Below are positions 1 to 13,922 of a stretch of DNA of 64,000 nucleotides, piece by piece. Made by a program: the position numbers and the translations under genes. The notes under the pieces were generated by a model. That model was given only the letters and a program-made list of their open reading frames with translations. It was not told where the DNA came from and searched no databases. The stretch comes from Octopus sinensis (lineage: Eukaryota): the NCBI RefSeq assembly GCF_006345805.1, contig NC_042999.1, positions 44,764,001 through 44,828,000 of the forward strand. The letters run 5' to 3'. Every line of letters begins with the position of its first letter. Position 1 is the stretch's first letter.

Positions 1-28
<28 letters not shown>

Positions 29-32
<4 letters not shown>

Positions 33-955
33 AATATAATGAAGGGTGAAATTAATTAATTTGGAATAATTATCAATTACCCCAAGTAGTCTTCGGCATG
101 TAAAAGCCTCATTCGAGGAAAATTTAAGTAATACTAAGCAATAAAGGGTTTAGCAATGAATTGCCTTACCACATACCGAATTTAGAAATAGCAGTCAAAG
201 AGTTATAGCTATTTCTTCTACTAAAAAGGGAGATCTCAGTAAAAACAGCAATTGGAAGGCAGACACAAACAGGTAAGAGAGAATGGATTGACGGCAATCT
301 ATCATACAATTTTAAGTTATCTACGGACGCACGTTTCGAAATCAAGTTTTTAGGAAAGCATAAGAATTAAATATTAAATAATTCTACCTTACCAAAACTT
401 CTTTTCTCTTCAGCGTAGAATACTATAATCATAAATGATTATATATTGAATTTTGAGATACTAGAAGGCACCAACTCAACTCAGTATCAGAGCGAGCTAG
501 AATCCGCAACTAGTATCACTAAATTCAAAGTGTGAATGAAAAGATTGTGTCACCAGCCCCTTCCCACCCGCGTGTAGCCAAAACAAGATGCTGTGGTCAT
601 CTACTGAGATAAAATATGGTTATCCGTAATAATGAAGGGTGAAATTAATTAATTTGGAATAATTATCAATTACACCAAGTAGTCTTCGGCATGTAAAGGC
701 CTCATTCGAGGAAAATTTAAGTAATACTAAGCAATAAAGGGTTTAGCAACGAATTGCCTTACCACATACCGAATTTAGAAATAGCAGTCAAAGAGTTATA
801 GCTATTTCTTCTACTAAAAAGGGAGATCTCAGTAAAAACAGCAATTGGAAGGCAGACACAAACAGGTAGTAGAAGAAATAGCTATAACTCTTTGACTGCT
901 ATTTCTAAATTCGGTATGTGGTAAGGCAATTCGTTGCTAAACCCTTTATTGCTTA

Positions 956-958
<3 letters not shown>
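29..958 (-). mobile_element. Non-coding tandem + inverted repeat element carrying a hammerhead (PLE-derived/retrozyme-like)
   Basis: 29-275 is repeated at 624-868 (3 substitutions, one 2-nt indel). 869-958 is the exact reverse complement of 725-814. (TA)n flanks both sides. A hammerhead lies in the unique part. Confidence 0.7.
321..418 (-). ncRNA. Type I hammerhead ribozyme motif, intact core
   Basis: Minus strand reads CUACG-CUGAAGA-G[long stem II]C-GAAA-CG UG CG-UC-CGUAG: 5-bp stem I, canonical core, minimal stem III, GUC site (cleavage between 326 and 325). Confidence 0.8.
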
Positions 959-998
<40 letters not shown>

Positions 999-1843
999 GT
1001 ATGTATATGCATATTTACAAGTCTGTTAGTATGTGTGTGAGTGTGTCTCTATACTTGTCAATTGGTGTTGGTGTGTTTTCTTTGCCATAATATGGGGTTC
1101 AGGCAAAAAGGTGCCAATGAAATAAGTACTTGACTTAAAATATGTACTAGGGATCGAGTTGATTGACTAAACCTTTCATTTGGCAGCTGAGACTCATTTC
1201 AAGCTGAGTAGACTGAAGTCTCTGAATTGAGCCCTTGACTTCATGATCATTGACCGAATACCCTAAACACTCACCCACATGCCTTTATAGAAGTATAAAG
1301 AATAAACTAATGTTGAGTATGAAAATCAACAACATGGCAGATGAAAAATAGTGTTCTACATACCAAACAGACATTAAACCCAAGAGGGAGTTTTCATCTA
1401 CTAATTGCTCAAATATTTTCACTTGATCAAAATTTCTCAGCTCATTATATTACATATGTGAGATCCTGATGTATTTGTATTTTGTATATAGAACATTCCC
1501 CCAGGGTATTTTTCCTCAACGACATTATTGATATTACAAATATTTAACAGAGAATTCAGATCTCATGAATGTTATATTGTGTGTATTTTGTTTTCTGATA
1601 TGTGATTATGACATTCTCTTGCTGTCAACCGGAGCGTGCTTATACAACTGACTCTTCTCTCATCGACCTTACCAACTATGTCGCATCTCTCATATCAAGC
1701 AATAAGTACTTGTGGTTTCAGATTTAATCTATTACTTGGCATCTTAAGTATCTTCTACTGTATATCATCGACCCAACTAATGCTTTGTGAGGGAACATCA
1801 TCGTATGTATGTGTATATATATATATATAAATATATGTGTATG

Positions 1844-1909
<66 letters not shown>

Positions 1910-2149
1910 ATTAAAAATCATTGTGAAAATTACTTGATACAGTATTACTAAGTATAAGAAAGATTTTTTTTTAAAATTATTTTTTTAAAGGAAAGTTATA
2001 AATTCTTTATCATAATGTCACCAATTTTTGTGGAAGAAGTTTCTTTCTCATGTATGTGCGAGGGTTGGCAGCCAGACATGAAGGAGAATGGTGGCAACAG
2101 CAAACCTGGGCCATGGACACTGCTGTACTACTGGAAATTGCATTAATTG

Positions 2150-2239
2150 ATGTGCTATATATATCTATCTAACTATCTATCTATCTACCTACCTGTCTGT
2201 CTGCTTGCTTGTCTCTGTCTGTTTGTCTGCTTGACTGTC

Positions 2240-2274
<35 letters not shown>

Positions 2275-2460
2275 GTCTATCTATCTCTCTATCTCTCTAT
2301 CTATCTATCTATCAATCTATCTGTCTGTCTGTCTGTCTGTCTGCTGTCTGCCTGTCTGCCTGTCTATATGTCTGTCTATCTGTCTGTGTATCTGTCTGTT
2401 TGTCTGCCTGCCTACCTACCTACCTACCTCCCTACCTACCTGTCTGTCTGTCTGTCTGTA

Positions 2461-2509
<49 letters not shown>

Positions 2510-2620
2510 GTTTGTCTGTTTGTCTGTTTGTCTGTCAGTCTGTTTATCTATATAGGTATCTATGTAGGTGTGTGTGTATATGTGTGTATGTATGTGTGTG
2601 TGTGTATGTGTATTTCTGTG
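2150..2620. repeat. Compound (TCTA)n/(TCTG)n/(TG)n microsatellite
   Basis: Direct inspection; it explains the YLSI/VCLS ORFs. Confidence 0.95.
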
Positions 2621-2964
2621 CTTAACATCTGGTGTTGGTGTGTTACCCACAGAATAAGTACTTGACTTAAAATATGTACTAGGGGGTTGTACATAAAATA
2701 AGTCCTAGGGATTGACTAAAGCCTTCAAAGAGAGGTCTCTGTGTAGCTGCAGTCCAATGACTGTAACAAATAAAAGAATAAAAGAATAAAAGAATACAAG
2801 AATACTCTAGGTTTTAGTGTTTTAATGAAAGATCTGTAACTTTAAATATGAACATTTCATGCATGTAAGTCTTATTAAGAAACAATGTCTATTATTACAT
2901 GCTTAATGTGCATTCAACTGATTCTTTTAGCAAAATACCCAGTGAAAGACTCATCATCAGCACC

Positions 2965-3335
2965 CCTCCTCCTCCTCCTCCCCTCTCCCTCTCCCTCTCC
3001 CCCCCTCCCCGTCGTCCTCCTCCTCACCACCACCACCACCACCACCACCACCACCACCACCACCATGGCCACGGCTGCTGCTGCTGCCGCCGCTGCCGCC
3101 GCTGCCGCCGCTGCCGCCGCTGCCGCCGCTGCCGCCGCTGCCGCCGCTGCCGCCGCCGCCGCCGCCGCCGCTACCGCACCTGCCGCCGCTAACGCCTCAG
3201 CCGCCGCTAACGCCGCTGCCGCAGCTACTGCCACCACTGGCGCTGCTGTCGTTGTCATCATCATCATCATCATCACCACCACCACCACCACCACCACCAC
3301 CACCATCATCATCATCACTGTCGTCGTCATCATTG
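2965..3335. repeat. Compound GC-rich trinucleotide array (CCT/CAC/GCC-GCC-GCT/CAT)
   Basis: Successive triplet runs abutting a minus-strand RTE-tail fragment at about 3335-3440. Confidence 0.9.
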
Positions 3336-3666
3336 TCATGCCTTGGCATGATTGGTTTCTCTGGCTGGATGCCCTTCCTAATGCGAACCACTTTACAGAG
3401 TTTACTGGGAGCTTTTTTTTTGTGTGTGCTACCAGTACTAGTTGGGTTGCCAAATAATTTTCAAGGGAGAATAAAAAATATAACAATAAAGGATAAAGCT
3501 GCCATGACTAAGTTGGTGGGGTGGGCTATTGGGGATTGAGAGGTAATTTTATACTAGGTGCTGAGAGGTTAAAGTATGATAGGACAAGGACAAGCGCAAG
3601 TGTCTAGCTACAGCGGAGATACACAGCTATCCCACATTATATAAGGGTGAGTAGTTGTAACTGGGT

Positions 3667-3983
3667 GGAGGCACATGGCCTAGTGGTTAGAGCAGCAGAC
3701 TCGAGGTCAAAGGATTGCGGGTTCGAATCTCAGACCAGGCGATGTGTGTGTTTATGAGTGAAACACCTAAGCTCCACGCAGCTCCGGCAGAAGGTAATGG
3801 TGAACTTCTGCTGACTCTTTTGCCACAACTTTCTCTCACTCTTTCCTCCTGCATCTTGCAGCTCACCTGCAATGGACCGGCGTCCTGTCCAGGTGAGGAA
3901 CCTATACGCCAAGGAAACTGGGAAAACGGGAAACCGGCCCTATGAGCCAGGGATGGCTGAAGAAGGAACAAACAACAAACAAG
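3667..3983 (+). mobile_element. tRNA-derived SINE (family C)
   Basis: A-box TGGCCTAGTGG (3676) and B-box GGTTCGAATCT (3720). A homologous head lies at 19951-20112 on -. Confidence 0.8.
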
Positions 3984-4376
3984 AAGTTGTAACTGGGAAG
4001 AAGATATCATTTATCAAAAGTCTAACTTAAAATTATACAAAGAATTTTGTTTAAATTAAATGAGTTCCAGTCACCAGTCACAAGATTCATAAACATATTT
4101 TTAAGATGAAGAAGAAACAAAACATTTATAAGTATTAATTCTAGTTATTAGAATTAGATATTATTTTGAAAATGATAAAAAAACTATAAAGAAACTTTAT
4201 TTAGCAATAAACTGTAAACTGAAAAGCATTAAATTACCAATTCCCATATTTATAGATTATTACCAATTTAATTAGAAATAAGAAAGTAGTAAACATAATT
4301 TTTCTAGCTATTATATTGTCTATATAAATATCATATTTTTGCTGCTGGATAATTACATATATTTAATATTTTTTGC

Positions 4377-4810
4377 AGATAGTGTGGCTTGGTGGTTAAG
4401 AAACTGCTTGATAACCATATGGTTTCAGGTTCAGTCCCACTGCATAGCATTTTGGGTAAGTGTCTTCTATTATAGCTCCAGATCAAATAATGCTTCTGAG
4501 TGAATTTGGTAAATGGAAATGCTGGTCCCCCAGATGAAGATGATTGGCCTGCAAGACCCCTGTGCTGGTTCCATGGAAAAAGCATGCATGTGGGTGCCAC
4601 ATAAAAGCGTTCATGCCAATGCCATGTTGAAATCACCCAGCACACACTATAGTGGTTGGTGTTAGGAAGGACATCCATCTGTAGAAACCAAGCCAAATCA
4701 GACAGGAATTTCATACAGCTCGCCTGCTCGCCAGCTCTGGTCAAACCGCCCAGTCCATTCTAGCATGGAAAACTGATGTTAAAGGATGATGATGATGATG
4801 ATGATGGTGA
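4377..4810 (+). mobile_element. SINE-A-type tRNA head joined to an RTE-like 3' tail ending in (GAT)n
   Basis: The head resembles the 47125 SINE. The 3' part matches the RTE 3' UTR at 40100-40284. Confidence 0.6.
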
Positions 4811-4940
4811 TGGTAGCGATGATGTTGTTGTTAGTAGTCTCTCAAGTCTAAGAAAAACGGCTCCATAATTTCTTGTTGAACATCTCACTCAGATGATTTT
4901 GATTATAATGATCAAATGTTTGTGTGGTACATTAAACTCA

Positions 4941-5166
4941 CTCTCTTTTACTCGTTTCAGTCATTTGACTGTGGCCATGCTGGAGCACCACCTTTCGTCG
5001 AGCAAATCAACCCCAGGTCTTATTCTTTGCAAGCCTAGTACTTATTCTATTGGTCTCTTTTTGCTGAACTGCTAAGTTATGGGGACGTAAACACACCAGC
5101 ATCGGTTGTCAAGTGATGTTGGGGGGGGGGAGAAAAATACAGACATACAAACATATACACACTCAT

Positions 5167-5209
<43 letters not shown>

Positions 5210-5380
5210 CATATATACGATGGGCTTCTTTCAGTTTTCGTCTATCAAATCCACTCACAAGGCTTTGGTCGGCCCAAGGCTATAGTAGAAGACACTTGCC
5301 CAAGGTGTCATGCAGTGGGACTGAACCTGGAACCATGTGGTTCATAAGTAAGCTACTTACCACACAGTCACTCCTACACC
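4941..5380 (-). mobile_element. tRNA-derived SINE family A, full length
   Basis: Reverse complement of the 47125-47527 copy, with a central (CA)/(TA) run. Confidence 0.9.
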
Positions 5381-5558
5381 CCATCAAATCAACATTGCCT
5401 GCACAAATACATGATGTGCCACATGTCAGATGCTCAAGTAATTGCTGAGCATTGCAAAACAAAACTTTCTACTCAAGAACACAATGTGTGTGTATTTGTG
5501 TGTGCGTGTGTGTGTGTGTTTTGTCTGTGTTGTCCCACTTCCACTACGTGACAACTGT

Positions 5559-5800
5559 GGAAGCACCTGGCTTAGTGGTTAGGGTGTCGGACTCATGATT
5601 GTATGATTGTGGTTTCAATTCCTGGACCAGGCAATGTGTTGTGTTCTTGAGCAAAACATTTCATATTGTTCCAGTCCACTCAGCTATCAAAAATGAGTAA
5701 CTCTGCTACAGACTGGCATCCTATCCAGGTGGGGAATATATACGCCATAGAAACCGGGAGACTGGGAAACTAGTTGTTATGAATCTGTATAACACAAGAA
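5559..5800 (+). mobile_element. tRNA-derived SINE family B
   Basis: TGGCTTAGTGG A-box, GGTTTCAATTCC B-box, and the TTGAGCAA...CCACTCAGCT block shared with 13337, 31425, 43015 and 63345. Confidence 0.75.
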
Positions 5801-6196
5801 GGTAACTTTACCTTAACTTTACCTTACTGTACGACAAGTGGTGATGGTTTGTTTACATCTCCATAACTTCCATAACTTAGCAGTTCAGCAAATGAGACCA
5901 ATAAAATATGGGCCAAGCTTAAAAACTAAGTACTATAACTAGTTTGTTTGACTAGCATTCCCCAAGGTGGTGTCCCAGCATTGACCACAATTCAATGCCT
6001 GAAACATGTTTAAAATAAAAAATAAAGTAGCTTTGAGATTATTATTTTGCTTGTTGTTTAGATCAACAAACCTATGATCAAAGGAGTTCCAGCCATGACT
6101 ATCCAATCTTATTTTTGGCTGATTGGATGTGATATGAGAAAGATTTGGTTGCTACATTCTACAGGTTAAGTAACCATATCGAGACTATCTTACTGA

Positions 6197-6548
6197 TTTG
6201 TATTGCTGAGTTACTGAGCACTTGCCTAAGTGCATTGCTGAGTTACTGTGCACTTGGTTATTTATATTACTGAGTCACTGAGTACTTGGTTATTTGCATT
6301 GCTGAGTTACTGAGCACTTGTTTAATTGCATTGCTGAGTTACTGAGTACTTGGCCATTTGTATTGCTGACTTACTGAGCACTTGGTTATTTATATTGCTG
6401 AGTCACTGAGCACTTGGTTATTCGTATTGCTGAGTTACTGTGCTCTTGGTTATTTTATTGCTGAGTTACTGCACATTTGGTTATTTGTATTGCTGAGCCA
6501 CTGAGCATTTGGTTATTTGTATTACTGAGTTATTGAGCACTTGTTTAT
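6197..6548. repeat. 32-bp minisatellite, about 11 degenerate copies
   Basis: Unit TATTGCTGAGTTACTGAGCACTTGGTTATTTG; period 32 (6201 to 6233). Confidence 0.9.
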
Positions 6549-6757
6549 AAATAAAAATGTTCTTCCCTGAATGTTCTGTGCTAGTCTCTGAGGCAAGCAC
6601 ACATATAGATATATTCACTTCAGTCTGCCTGTTTGACAATGAAGTTGCACTCTAGCTTACATGATAAAGTGGCTCTTGACAGAATGGCCACCCAATAGTT
6701 AAAAAAACAAAAAAACAAAACAAAATGAAAAAGACATTGCTTAAAGTAATAAGTATA

Positions 6758-6915
6758 AGGCATGGCTCTGTGGTAAGAAGCTTGCTTCCCAACAACATGG
6801 TTCAGAATTCAGTCCCACTCTGTGACACCCTTGGCAAGTATCTTCTACTTTAGCCTCAGGCTGAGCAAAAGATTTGTCAATGGATTTGGTAGATGGAAAC
6901 TGAAAGAAGCCCATC

Positions 6916-6991
<76 letters not shown>

Positions 6992-7350
6992 CATATATAT
7001 ATATATATACACATACATATATTATATTCTATACAAAGGGGTGCTGAAAAGATCCTGGCTTTGAGTAAAAGAAAATACATGAGGATTAGTTAATTATGAT
7101 TTTATTGAACATATTCCCCACTCAGATTCATGCACTCCTTGTGTAAGTTCTTCAGTTTTGCTAAGCCCTTTAAAAGAACTTAGAAGGTTGGGCCTTCAGC
7201 CAGACCTTTTGTGACACCCTTAAAGCTAGGAATTTTTCAGTACTTCCCCCCATATCTATGTGTGTGTGTGTGTTTGTCTTTGTGTTTGTTCTCCCCCACC
7301 ACTGCTTGACAACCAGTGTTCGTGTGTTTACATCCCTGAAAATTAAATGT
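6758..7350 (+). mobile_element. SINE family A interrupted by a MITE
   Basis: Head at 6758-6920, (TA)n core, insertion at 7034-7252; the SINE body resumes at about 7255. Confidence 0.75.
7034..7252. mobile_element. Mariner-type MITE
   Basis: Imperfect TIRs of about 30 bp (CAAAGGGGTGCTGAAAAGATCCTGGCTTT / AAAGCTAGGAATTTTTCAGTACTTCCCCCCA) with TA flanks. Confidence 0.6.
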
Positions 7351-8776
7351 TAGCAACAATCAAGATGAGGACACCAGCTTGACTAATGTAAACAGTGTAC
7401 ATAATTCTGAACCACTCAAGATAATTTTGTCCTTAAGCAAGATCTTTCATTTCATGTTGTTTCAATCAACTCAGCTGTGAATGACTATTAGCAAGTTGCT
7501 GGTGAAACCCTTTCCTCCTCTAGTTGTTACATCCTAGATGTTCTGCTGGGTTCAAGTTGAGGAGGACAACAGGGTCTATGTCTACTCACTACTACTCAGG
7601 CACCTAAAACAATAAGTAAAAACATGGTGCAATTTACTCGTCCATAATTATTCATAAGTGATGGCTGACAGTACTGCACATGCAGCAATAATGGTGAAAA
7701 AATTCCTAGAATTATGGTATACAGTTAGCACTGAAATTATTTTTGACAATTTATTGCAAGAAAATTTATACACACGCACAAACTTCCATTTATTATTGGG
7801 GAAAAAAACAACAACAAAAAACAAAACAATAAACAAAAACAAAAACACACAAAGAAACAATCTTTGAAATGTCAAGCTATTCAATGAAGATCAAGGCATT
7901 TAAAATCTAAGAATCAATTTTTGTTACTTTCCAAATTTCACCGATATTAGTTTGAACATTTCTGAACATATGAGAGAAATAACTATGCAGCTATGGACAT
8001 AAAGAATTTTAATATTCCAAATCCCAACAGACATAAAATATCTCATTAGCAGACAAGAGGAAAATACAAATGATATAATATGAATGTGTGTGTGTGTGAG
8101 TGTTTGTGTGTGTGCGTGTGTGTGTATTTGTATATGTATATATACACATACATATACACACACACGCATATGTATTTATTGATGCAGAACAATTATATTT
8201 ATTGATGCAAAACAGTTACACATATTTTCATATGTATATATGTATACACACACATATATATATATACATACACACATATATACATACATACACATACACA
8301 CACACACAGATATGTTATATATATATACATATATATATGTCTGTTTGTGTGTGTGTGCATGTATTTTCTATCTTTATGTATGTGTCTTTTGTTCTTTAAT
8401 TCTGTTACATGTTTTAATCAATGGACTGTCGTCATACAGGGATGTCAGTTTGAAGGGCTTAGTCAAATAAATCTGCCTCAGTACTTATTTTAATTTAGGC
8501 ATTTTACTATGTCAGTATCATTTTGGTAAACCACTAGGTTATGGAGATGTAAACAAACCAGCAACAGTTGTCAAGCAGTGTGGATACAAGCACAAAGATA
8601 TATATGCATACAAACACACACTCATGCACACACACATAAACACATATATCCATATATAGACATACACACACAAACACACCCACATGCACACTCATACTAA
8701 CATACATGCACATATGTTTGAAGAAAGATTTTCTTAAGTCAAAAATTGTTAATTAAATAAAAATGTCCTAGAATAT

Positions 8777-8818
8777 GTGTGTCTGAAAAGCTGTAAATAG
8801 TGAAAGCACTTAACACAT
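8777..8818 (+). ncRNA. Degenerate type I hammerhead motif (G8A)
   Basis: GUGUGU-CUGAAAA-GCUG UAAA UAGU-GAAA-GCACU-UA-ACACAU. Stems I and II close, the core has one mismatch, and stem III is weak. Confidence 0.4.
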
Positions 8819-9459
8819 TACAAAAAAATTTCTCCAAAAAGATTTCATGTCATTCTGTTTTTATAAATTTTCTAATATAATTTAATATGATTAAGGAATG
8901 TTTTAAATATTAGTAAATCTTTCTTCAAATATTGTGACTGCATCACGTATTCTTTGTTAAAACAGTTTTTAAATATATATGTACATGTGGGTGTGTGCAC
9001 ATATATTTATGTGTGTGTGTGATGTGTGTGTGTATATATATATATATATAATTGTATGTATACACATATCACGAAGGCTTAGTGATTAAAGAGTTGTACT
9101 CATGATTGCCATATCATGGGTTCACTTCCTGAACCAGGCAGATCGTGTTCTTGAGAAAAACTCCACTCACTTGCAAATGGGTAACCCTACGATGGGGTAA
9201 CCTTTTGATCAGGAGTGGCATCATTTGAAAGCTAAAATGATGTGAAGTGCATTGTGAGCAGCAATGTATAACATCTGATTGTTTGGTCAGTCATATGATC
9301 ATGTGATACATATGTATTATCATCATCATTTAACATCCACTCTTCAATGGTAGCATGAATTGTTGGACTTTATTTGAGGCAAATTTTCTATGGCCAATTG
9401 CCTTTCATATTGCCAACCTTTAGCTGCTTCCAAGCATATGTATGTGTATGTATTTTTTT

Positions 9460-9856
9460 ATTCTTTTACTTGTTTCAGTCATTTGACTGTGGCCAAACTG
9501 GAGCACTGCCTTTAGTCGAGCAAATCGACTCCAGGACTTATTCTTTGTAAGCCTAGTACTTATTCTATCTGTCTCTTATGCCGAACTACAAAGTTATGAG
9601 GACATAAACTCACCAGCATTGGTTGTCAAGTGATGTTGGGGGGGGGGACAAACACAGGCTTACGAACATATACACACACATACATATATATGTATATACA
9701 TATATACGACAGGCTTCTTTCAGTTTCCATCTACCAAATCCACTCACAAGGCTTTGGTCGGCCTGAGGGTATAGTAGAAGACACTTGCCTAGTGAGACTG
9801 AACCCGGAACCATGTGGTTGGTAAGCAAGCTACTTACAACACAGCCACTCCTGCAC
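9460..9856 (-). mobile_element. SINE family A, full length
   Basis: Homologous to 47125-47527. Confidence 0.9.
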
Positions 9857-10369
9857 TACAAAATGGGATGAGAACGCAAAACATCCGGACAACTAGGTGA
9901 TACAAAAAGGGCACAACAAAACATCCAGATAGACGATATAAAAAACATGGACGAGTCATTCGAAGCCTTTTATCTTCAGTCAAGAACCGGATCATCCTCG
10001 CAACTTAGGCTGATTAATCTCGAGATTGCTCCAACCTGGCCAGCCCCAAACTGAGCTAAGAGCATTAGATTCTTTTGAAAAAAGCATCGAATGTATACGA
10101 AACAAGGACAGAAAAACAGACGATGTTACACGAATATAAATACAAAAATACAATAAAATCAATAATAATAATAATAACAAGACATAACAAAAGGCGTCTT
10201 TCGACTGGAGACGAATTGAATTCAGCTGGCGTGTATGGAAATGAAGCCTTACAGCAGAGGGAAGAATATCGATGTGGCAATGACCACTGTCAAACGCAAA
10301 AGGGCTAGCAGTCGGCCAACAGTCACATGAGAAGAGGAGAAAAAGAGGAACAAAGGAATTAAGGAGGGA

Positions 10370-10400
<31 letters not shown>

Positions 10401-11367
10401 CAAGAGAGAGTGTGTAGCAGTAGATAGATGGAAGAATCAAGAAGTGGCGAGAAAAAAAGAGAGACGGGGACATAGTGAAGTGCATATAAATGTGTATGTA
10501 TATATATATATATATATATGCATATTTGGGCACAGGGTGTCACGAAACGTGTACAACAAAAAAGTACAAACCAAGGATGCATGGAACATGAACTATTCTT
10601 TTGAACAACAAATGACACAAATGGAAAACAAAACAAACAACATAAAGAATGATCCTTCATCAATTGTTGGCTGTTTTTCTAGTCTTGTATTTCGAGCATT
10701 TAACAACAATATACACTTTTAATAAAACAGTTGCTCCCGCAAAGCTTATCAAATAAAATTTGGGATTTTGTGAAGGGTCAAAATAGGTAACACAAACAGG
10801 ACAGTGAGTAAGCCTAAACGAGGTTGTGGTGGCGAATGTGTAAATCAAGCTAGGACAGGAGACAAACAAGAACACATCTTCCTTGATCCAGCTATAATGG
10901 AGAGAAAAGAGAAAGATGGCCAATGGTCACCTGGGAGCCATGTGAGCAAGGGAGGAGGAGTAAGGGAGAGAGAGAGAGACAATAAAAAAGTGGAGCAGTT
11001 AACAGTGAGAAGTGGATCATTGGTCATTATTTAATTATGATGAGAGTATGTTTACAGCTGTTTCTGTATATCAAGCTGGGGTAAATTTGTATTAACCTCA
11101 TTACAATTGATAGATATCTTCAGAAGGGTTATATGGCAAAAGATAAATAGAAGGAAAATAGAAAGAAAATATAAGGAAAGGAAAGGAAAAAGGAAAAATG
11201 TTTGTTAATTCAATAGTCTTACATTTTAGTGACTTCCATAATTTATTATATCAGTTGGAGGATAGAAGAGAAGAGGGTTTGTTATATCCATGGTCTTATA
11301 ATTAGTTAGTTTCATAATTTCACATCTATCCCTTAGGAGGTTACATTACCTCTAACTTATATCTTAC

Positions 11368-11408
<41 letters not shown>

Positions 11409-11442
11409 ATAGTTGAAAAAAAATCAAATTTTTATATATAAA

Positions 11443-12366
<924 letters not shown>

Positions 12367-12398
12367 ACATATATGTTATATATACTTCCACCACCATC

Positions 12399-12917
<519 letters not shown>

Positions 12918-13144
12918 ATAAGGAAATAATTTTATTTTCAAATGCAGGATAATTCTAATAATATAGCATGAACAGGATAAACTATCCATATTTTGCTGAA
13001 AAATCTGTTGGCGGCCAGCCATGAAACTTGAACTCACATCCCTCTGGGCGCCGACAGATTTTTTTGCAAAGTATGGATAATCGATCCTGTTCATGCTATA
13101 TTATTAGCATAATCCTACGTTTAAGAATAAAATTATTTCCTTAT
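12918..13144. repeat. Foldback/MITE-like hairpin element
   Basis: Arms of about 95 bp (ATAAGGAAATAATTTTATT ... AATAAAATTATTTCCTTAT) next to (TA)n. Confidence 0.8.
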
Positions 13145-13285
13145 CTGTATCTTTCAATACATCTCAACACTTCTAAAGCAAACACTGTTGACTTTCAACG
13201 TAAGTTGAATTAAACACACACATACACATATGTGTGCGTGTGTGTATGTGTATTATGTATGTATGTATGTATGTATGTATGCATG

Positions 13286-13329
<44 letters not shown>

Positions 13330-13336
13330 GCATATA

Positions 13337-13628
13337 TCGTGAGATTGTGAGTTCGATTCCCAGACTGGGGCGCGTGTTGTGTTCTTGAGCAAGACACTTT
13401 ATTTCCCGTTGCTCCAGTTCACTCAGCTGTAGAAATGAGTTGCAACGTCACTGGTGCCAAGCTGTATCGGCCTTTGCCTTTCCCTTGGACAACACTGGTG
13501 GCATGGAGAGGGGAGGCCGATATGCATGAGTAACTGCCAGTCTTCCATAAACAACCTTGCTCGGACTGGTGCCTAGGAGGCTAACTTTCTAGGTGCAATC
13601 CCCTGATCATTCATGACCAAATGGGGTC
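13337..13628 (+). mobile_element. SINE family B, 5'-truncated
   Basis: B-box GAGTTCGATTCC and a body homologous to 63345-63660 (-). Confidence 0.8.
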
Positions 13629-13826
13629 TCCTCCTATATAAAATTATTAGAGTTAGAGGTTGGAATAACTGTCTAAGGGGTAAAAGTATCCATTTTACTA
13701 CTGGTTTAATTACCTATGTTAACCTTGGACATACATATGCAAGCATATTATGCTCACAGATTAAAAGTAATAATTGATGCTAGTCAATTTTTGTTGATCA
13801 ATATTTCTCCAGTTTGTGTTTACTTT

Positions 13827-13867
<41 letters not shown>

Positions 13868-13922
13868 CGGAGATGTACTTGCATAGCAAGTGACTTGATC
13901 TGAGATTGTGTGTTGGAACGAA

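Noticed and set aside
2885-3457. 190-aa poly-Thr/poly-Ala ORF resembling a transcription-factor low-complexity region
   Set aside because: It is made of triplet microsatellites open in several frames on both strands, and its end is an RTE tail fragment. There is no domain or splice evidence.
3667-3740. tRNA genes at SINE heads (also 47125, 45910)
   Set aside because: A- and B-boxes are present, but there is no complete cloverleaf and each continues into a SINE body.
6197-6548. CRISPR-like periodicity (also 44730-44987)
   Set aside because: The repeats are contiguous with no unique spacers, the context is eukaryotic, and no cas genes are present.
9946-9985. Hammerhead-like CUGAAGA...CGAAUGACUC on the minus strand
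   Set aside because: GAAU replaces GAAA, and stems I and III cannot be closed consistently.
10640-10700. Possible type II hammerhead (GAAA...UUGAUGA); similar at 14460-14505
   Set aside because: There is no convincing stem II or III, and the core is degenerate.
10760-10900. Possible minus-strand exon after a polypyrimidine tract and AG
   Set aside because: No recognisable peptide, no clear donor site and no partner exons.
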